A DNA stretch of 64,000 bases, taken from assembly GCA_963727455.1 (NCBI GenBank), contig CAVSGG010000001.1, positions 66,743-130,742 on the forward strand, in the 5' to 3' direction. Origin of the DNA: Candidatus Krumholzibacteriota bacterium (lineage in GTDB: Bacteria > Krumholzibacteriota > Krumholzibacteriia > JAJRXK01). The notes beneath the pieces were generated by a model. The model saw only the letters and a list, made by a program, of their open reading frames with translations, was not told the DNA's origin and did no database searches. Below, piece by piece: positions 61,123-64,000 of this stretch (position 1 is the stretch's first letter; every line of letters starts with the position of its first letter). Position numbers and translations under genes: made by a program.

Positions 61123-62133
61123 ATGACAAGAGCCATCCCCGCCTCCATTCGCAAGCTCGCCAAGACCGAGCTCCACCAGCACGTCGACGGATCCATTCCT
61201 GCCGCGGTGACCTGGCGCATCATGAAACGCTACGGACTCAACCCGGTGGACAACCTACGCGAGATGAAGAAGCTCCTGGTGCTGCAGCCCCAAGAAGAGG
61301 GCTCGCTGCTGAGCTACCTCGACAAGTTCCACTACCCGATGTGGATCACCCAGTTCTACGAGAACATCACCCAGGTCACTTCCGCCATTTGCGCCGAAGC
61401 GGCCAAGAACGGGGTGACCACACTCGAGCTGCGCTACTCCCCCATCATCCACATCTACGGCGGGCTCACCATTCGTCAGTCCATTCGCGCCGTACTCTCG
61501 GCTCTGAACCGCGCCGAACGAGAATACAAGATCAGGACCGGCCTCATCGTCATCGCCATGCGTCATCACGGTCCGCACATCGCCAAGATCCTGGCCCGCG
61601 GCGCCGCGGGAGACGTCCAGCACTTGCACGACCGGTGCGGGGTGATCGGCTTCGACATCGCCGGTGCGGAAAAGGGCAACGCGCCGCACCTCTTCAACAA
61701 GGCCTACGAAATCGCCGCCCGCGCGGGACTGGGACTCACCGCGCACGCGGGTGAGGCGGAGGGCCCGGCCTACATTTGGGAGGCCATCGATACCCTGGGC
61801 TGCACCCGCATCGGCCACGGTTGCAGCGCGGTGCAGGACAAGGCGCTCTTGAGGCGACTGGCCAAGGATCAGATCCTCGTGGAATGCGCCCCCAGCTCGA
61901 ACTACCAAACCGGCGCCGTCGCCCGCGGGGAGCGCCATCCCATTTTCACCTTCCTGGAGCACGGCATCCCCGTGGCGCTGTGCACCGACAACACCACGGT
62001 GAGCGCGACCAGCCAAAACCGTGAGAGCGCGCTGTTCTTGCAGGAACTCGGCCTGGACGCAATCAAGGAAATCCACCGCAGCGCGGTACAGCACAGCTTC
62101 ATTGCAAAGTCACACGGCAAGAAGGCGGCATGA
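61123..62133 (+). CDS. add: Adenosine deaminase
   Basis: KTELHQHVDGS, ELRYSP, DIAGAE, HAGE, RIGHG, CTDN. Confidence 0.9.
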   Translation: MTRAIPASIRKLAKTELHQHVDGSIPAAVTWRIMKRYGLNPVDNLREMKKLLVLQPQEEGSLLSYLDKFHYPMWITQFYENITQVTSAICAEAAKNGVTTLELRYSPIIHIYGGLTIRQSIRAVLSALNRAEREYKIRTGLIVIAMRHHGPHIAKILARGAAGDVQHLHDRCGVIGFDIAGAEKGNAPHLFNKAYEIAARAGLGLTAHAGEAEGPAYIWEAIDTLGCTRIGHGCSAVQDKALLRRLAKDQILVECAPSSNYQTGAVARGERHPIFTFLEHGIPVALCTDNTTVSATSQNRESALFLQELGLDAIKEIHRSAVQHSFIAKSHGKKAA

Positions 62134-63662
62134 TGCGCCGGCGCGGGCTGATTCTTCTGCTCGCGGGATTCGCGCTTTCGGCCTCAGGCTGTCTGCGCTT
62201 CGGCTGGGACCGGCTCTCCACCAAGGTGCCCTCGGCCGTTCTCGCCACCATGAAAGCCGAGGACATCGCCAAGGACCTGCACGCGCTGGAGGGTGAGGGC
62301 CACGCCCAACGTCCTCCCTTCGGCGAGACGGAACGCCGTACCCTGCGCCACCTCACGCGGCGCTTCGCCCAGATCGGCCTGAAGGGAGCCGGCGACAACG
62401 GGAAGTTCCTCGAGGCCGTTCCCGCCGTGGCCACGCAGGTGCGCGAGGCTGAACTTCAGGTGGGCTCCATCAAATTGCGCCAGGGTGACAATCTGCTGCT
62501 GTCTGCCCGTAGCGACAGCACGCGCATCACGATCCCTTCGAGCCAACTCGTCTTTGCCGGCCGCGGTGTGGTGGCGCCGGAACGCCGTCGCGACGACTAC
62601 AGCGGACTCTTGGTGGCGGGACGCGTCGTGCTGCTCTTCGCCGATTTCGCTGCCGCTTCGCCCGACACCACGGACTGGTATTCGCACTGGCAGTATCAGG
62701 TCGCCGAAGCCAAGCGCCACGGGGCCCTGGGAGTGTTGCTCATGCCCGACTCCACGCGGAGCGCGCAAGAATGGCAGCTATATAAGGATCGCTTCGAGAG
62801 CTTCGCGCTCTTTCGCAGCGAGGAGCTGAAGGAGCACTGCCGCTTTCAGGCCTGGATTTCCGCCGAGGCCGGCACTCGCATCCTCAAAGAAGCAAAGATC
62901 GAATTCGCGCGCGCCCGTTGGGCCGCGCACACGCGCGGCTTTCGCGGGCGCATGCTCGAGCCCAAGGTTCGAGGCACGGTCGAACTCGATGTGCGCCAGT
63001 CCCGATCCTTCAACGTGGTAGGGGAAATTCCGGGCCGCTATGACGCGGAACAGAGCATCGTCGTCTGCGCGCCGTGGGACGGCGGCAGCGCGAACGCGCA
63101 GGCCACGGCGGGGCTCTTGGCTCTGGCCACTTCGTTCTCGGCGCTGCCGCAGCGTCCGGCGCGTTCGGTCGTGTTCGTGGCGACCACTTTGAGCACGCGC
63201 GGCCAGCTCGGCGCCGAACATTTCGCGCACTTCTCCTCGCGCTCTTTGGAGCGTTGCGCCGGGGCCTTGGTTCTTCGCGGGGAGATCGAGGATGCGACAG
63301 GGGCGGCGGCCGTCCCGACAGCAAGCGGCGCGCACCGGGCGGCCTCCTCCGACACTCTTCAGGTCGAAGGCACGGGCGACAACGAGTTGGGGAAGTTCCT
63401 GAGCGAGGCGGCGGGAATGGACGGGCTGGCCGTGCGCGCGAGCAGGGATGAGAGCGCGTGGTTTGATTCGGGCGCGGTGGCTTTCGCGCGCCGGGGCGTT
63501 CCCAGCGCGCTGATCGGGTCCCAGATGAGCGACTTACGCATGGCGCTGCGAGCCGGCTACCGCATGGCGCAGACGCGCGGCGGCCCCCGTTGGGATGCCA
63601 ACAGCTGCTTTCGTTTTTACCCGCGAGAATCCCTCGTGGCCTACGCCGATTCCCTGCGCTGA
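62130..63662 (+). CDS. M28 peptidase-like lipoprotein with PA domain, zinc ligands degenerate
   Basis: Lipobox ASGC; LVFAGRGVVAPE..DDY PA domain; SFNVVGEIPG; RSVVF. Confidence 0.68.
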   Translation: MMRRRGLILLLAGFALSASGCLRFGWDRLSTKVPSAVLATMKAEDIAKDLHALEGEGHAQRPPFGETERRTLRHLTRRFAQIGLKGAGDNGKFLEAVPAVATQVREAELQVGSIKLRQGDNLLLSARSDSTRITIPSSQLVFAGRGVVAPERRRDDYSGLLVAGRVVLLFADFAAASPDTTDWYSHWQYQVAEAKRHGALGVLLMPDSTRSAQEWQLYKDRFESFALFRSEELKEHCRFQAWISAEAGTRILKEAKIEFARARWAAHTRGFRGRMLEPKVRGTVELDVRQSRSFNVVGEIPGRYDAEQSIVVCAPWDGGSANAQATAGLLALATSFSALPQRPARSVVFVATTLSTRGQLGAEHFAHFSSRSLERCAGALVLRGEIEDATGAAAVPTASGAHRAASSDTLQVEGTGDNELGKFLSEAAGMDGLAVRASRDESAWFDSGAVAFARRGVPSALIGSQMSDLRMALRAGYRMAQTRGGPRWDANSCFRFYPRESLVAYADSLR

Positions 63663-63676
63663 AAGAAACTCTCGGG

Positions 63677-63826
63677 CAAAGAGAAGGCGACCCAAAGGGC
63701 CGCCTCCCGACATGTCCGATGCTGTAGTGACAAGACTCCGAGGCTCAGGTCTGTTACCAGAGTCCCAGCAGAGCGATTCGCTCAGCCCGGAGTGTTCGGC
63801 TAACATCTGAAGCCGTTTCCAGCCTC
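63677..63826 (-). ncRNA. Candidate stand-alone structured ncRNA of unknown family
   Basis: TATAAT 6 nt upstream; 5' GAAA-tetraloop hairpin; multi-stem core with GTAA tetraloop; 3' terminator; G:U pairs only on the minus strand. Confidence 0.55.
63678..63708 (-). terminator. Intrinsic terminator hairpin
   Basis: GGGAGGCGGCCC-TTT-GGGTCGCCTTCT-CTTT. Confidence 0.62.
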
Positions 63827-63832
63827 ATGTTC

Positions 63833-63838
63833 ATTATA
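63833..63838 (-). promoter_or_regulatory. Consensus -10 box
   Basis: Perfect TATAAT on the minus strand in GC-rich DNA; TTGGCT 19 nt upstream. Confidence 0.5.
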
Positions 63839-64000
63839 CGGAATCGCGGGCCTTTTGAGCCAAGTCAGGCCAAATTTTCTATTTCGAGCACGAAATCGGC
63901 CGATTCGGGGCTGAATCCGAAGATCTGGCCGTAGAACGAGAGTTCCGCCGCGAAGCTCCGCACGATGTTTTTCTGGCGGCGGAAGCCGTGCCCTTCCCCC

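Noticed and set aside
63745-63772. SRP RNA on the plus strand (TCAGGTC...AGCAG)
   Set aside because: Lacks the GNRA-capped helix 8 geometry; tetraloops and G:U pairs favour the minus strand
63755-63829. 24-aa ORF MRLETASDVSRTLRAERIALLGLW inside the ncRNA candidate
   Set aside because: Its ATG is only 4 nt from the -10 box, upstream of the likely TSS, and has no SD

Overview
GC-rich bacterial chromosomal window with no phage, IS, integrase or CRISPR. The host is possibly an FCB-group candidate phylum such as Krumholzibacteriota, Latescibacterota or Eisenbacteria; this is inferred only from a C-terminal S-[WF]-G-x-x-K-x-x-[FY] motif. Positions 1-40 kb are frame-intact housekeeping and envelope genes: gyrA, HD hydrolase, pntAA/AB/B, tRNA-His plus hisS, an SGNH-MBOAT-SGNH O-acylation locus, gltA, degP, two sortilin/BNR beta-propeller proteins, a PP2C phosphatase, transporters, a STAND-like ATPase, a radical SAM fusion and mltF. 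Positions 40.5-61 kb form a frameshift-rich copper region: histidine kinase, PLP trans-sulfuration enzyme, sigma54 response regulator, DUF302, DUF3347, an ECF module, copA, cusABC and a beta-helix protein. The window ends with add, a catalytically degenerate M28 lipoprotein and a candidate structured ncRNA. Four observations stand out. (1) A four-gene ECF sigma / CBM48 anti-sigma / CBM48 beta-barrel / secreted-protein module with two matching ECF-type promoters. (2) A tRNA-His lacking G-1 (G1:U72, A73) placed directly upstream of a Caulobacter-type HisRS. (3) A sigma54 promoter, IHF site and phased palindrome array upstream of cusC. (4) A roughly 150-nt ncRNA candidate with its own promoter and terminator. 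All family calls come from motif recognition by eye; no searches were run.
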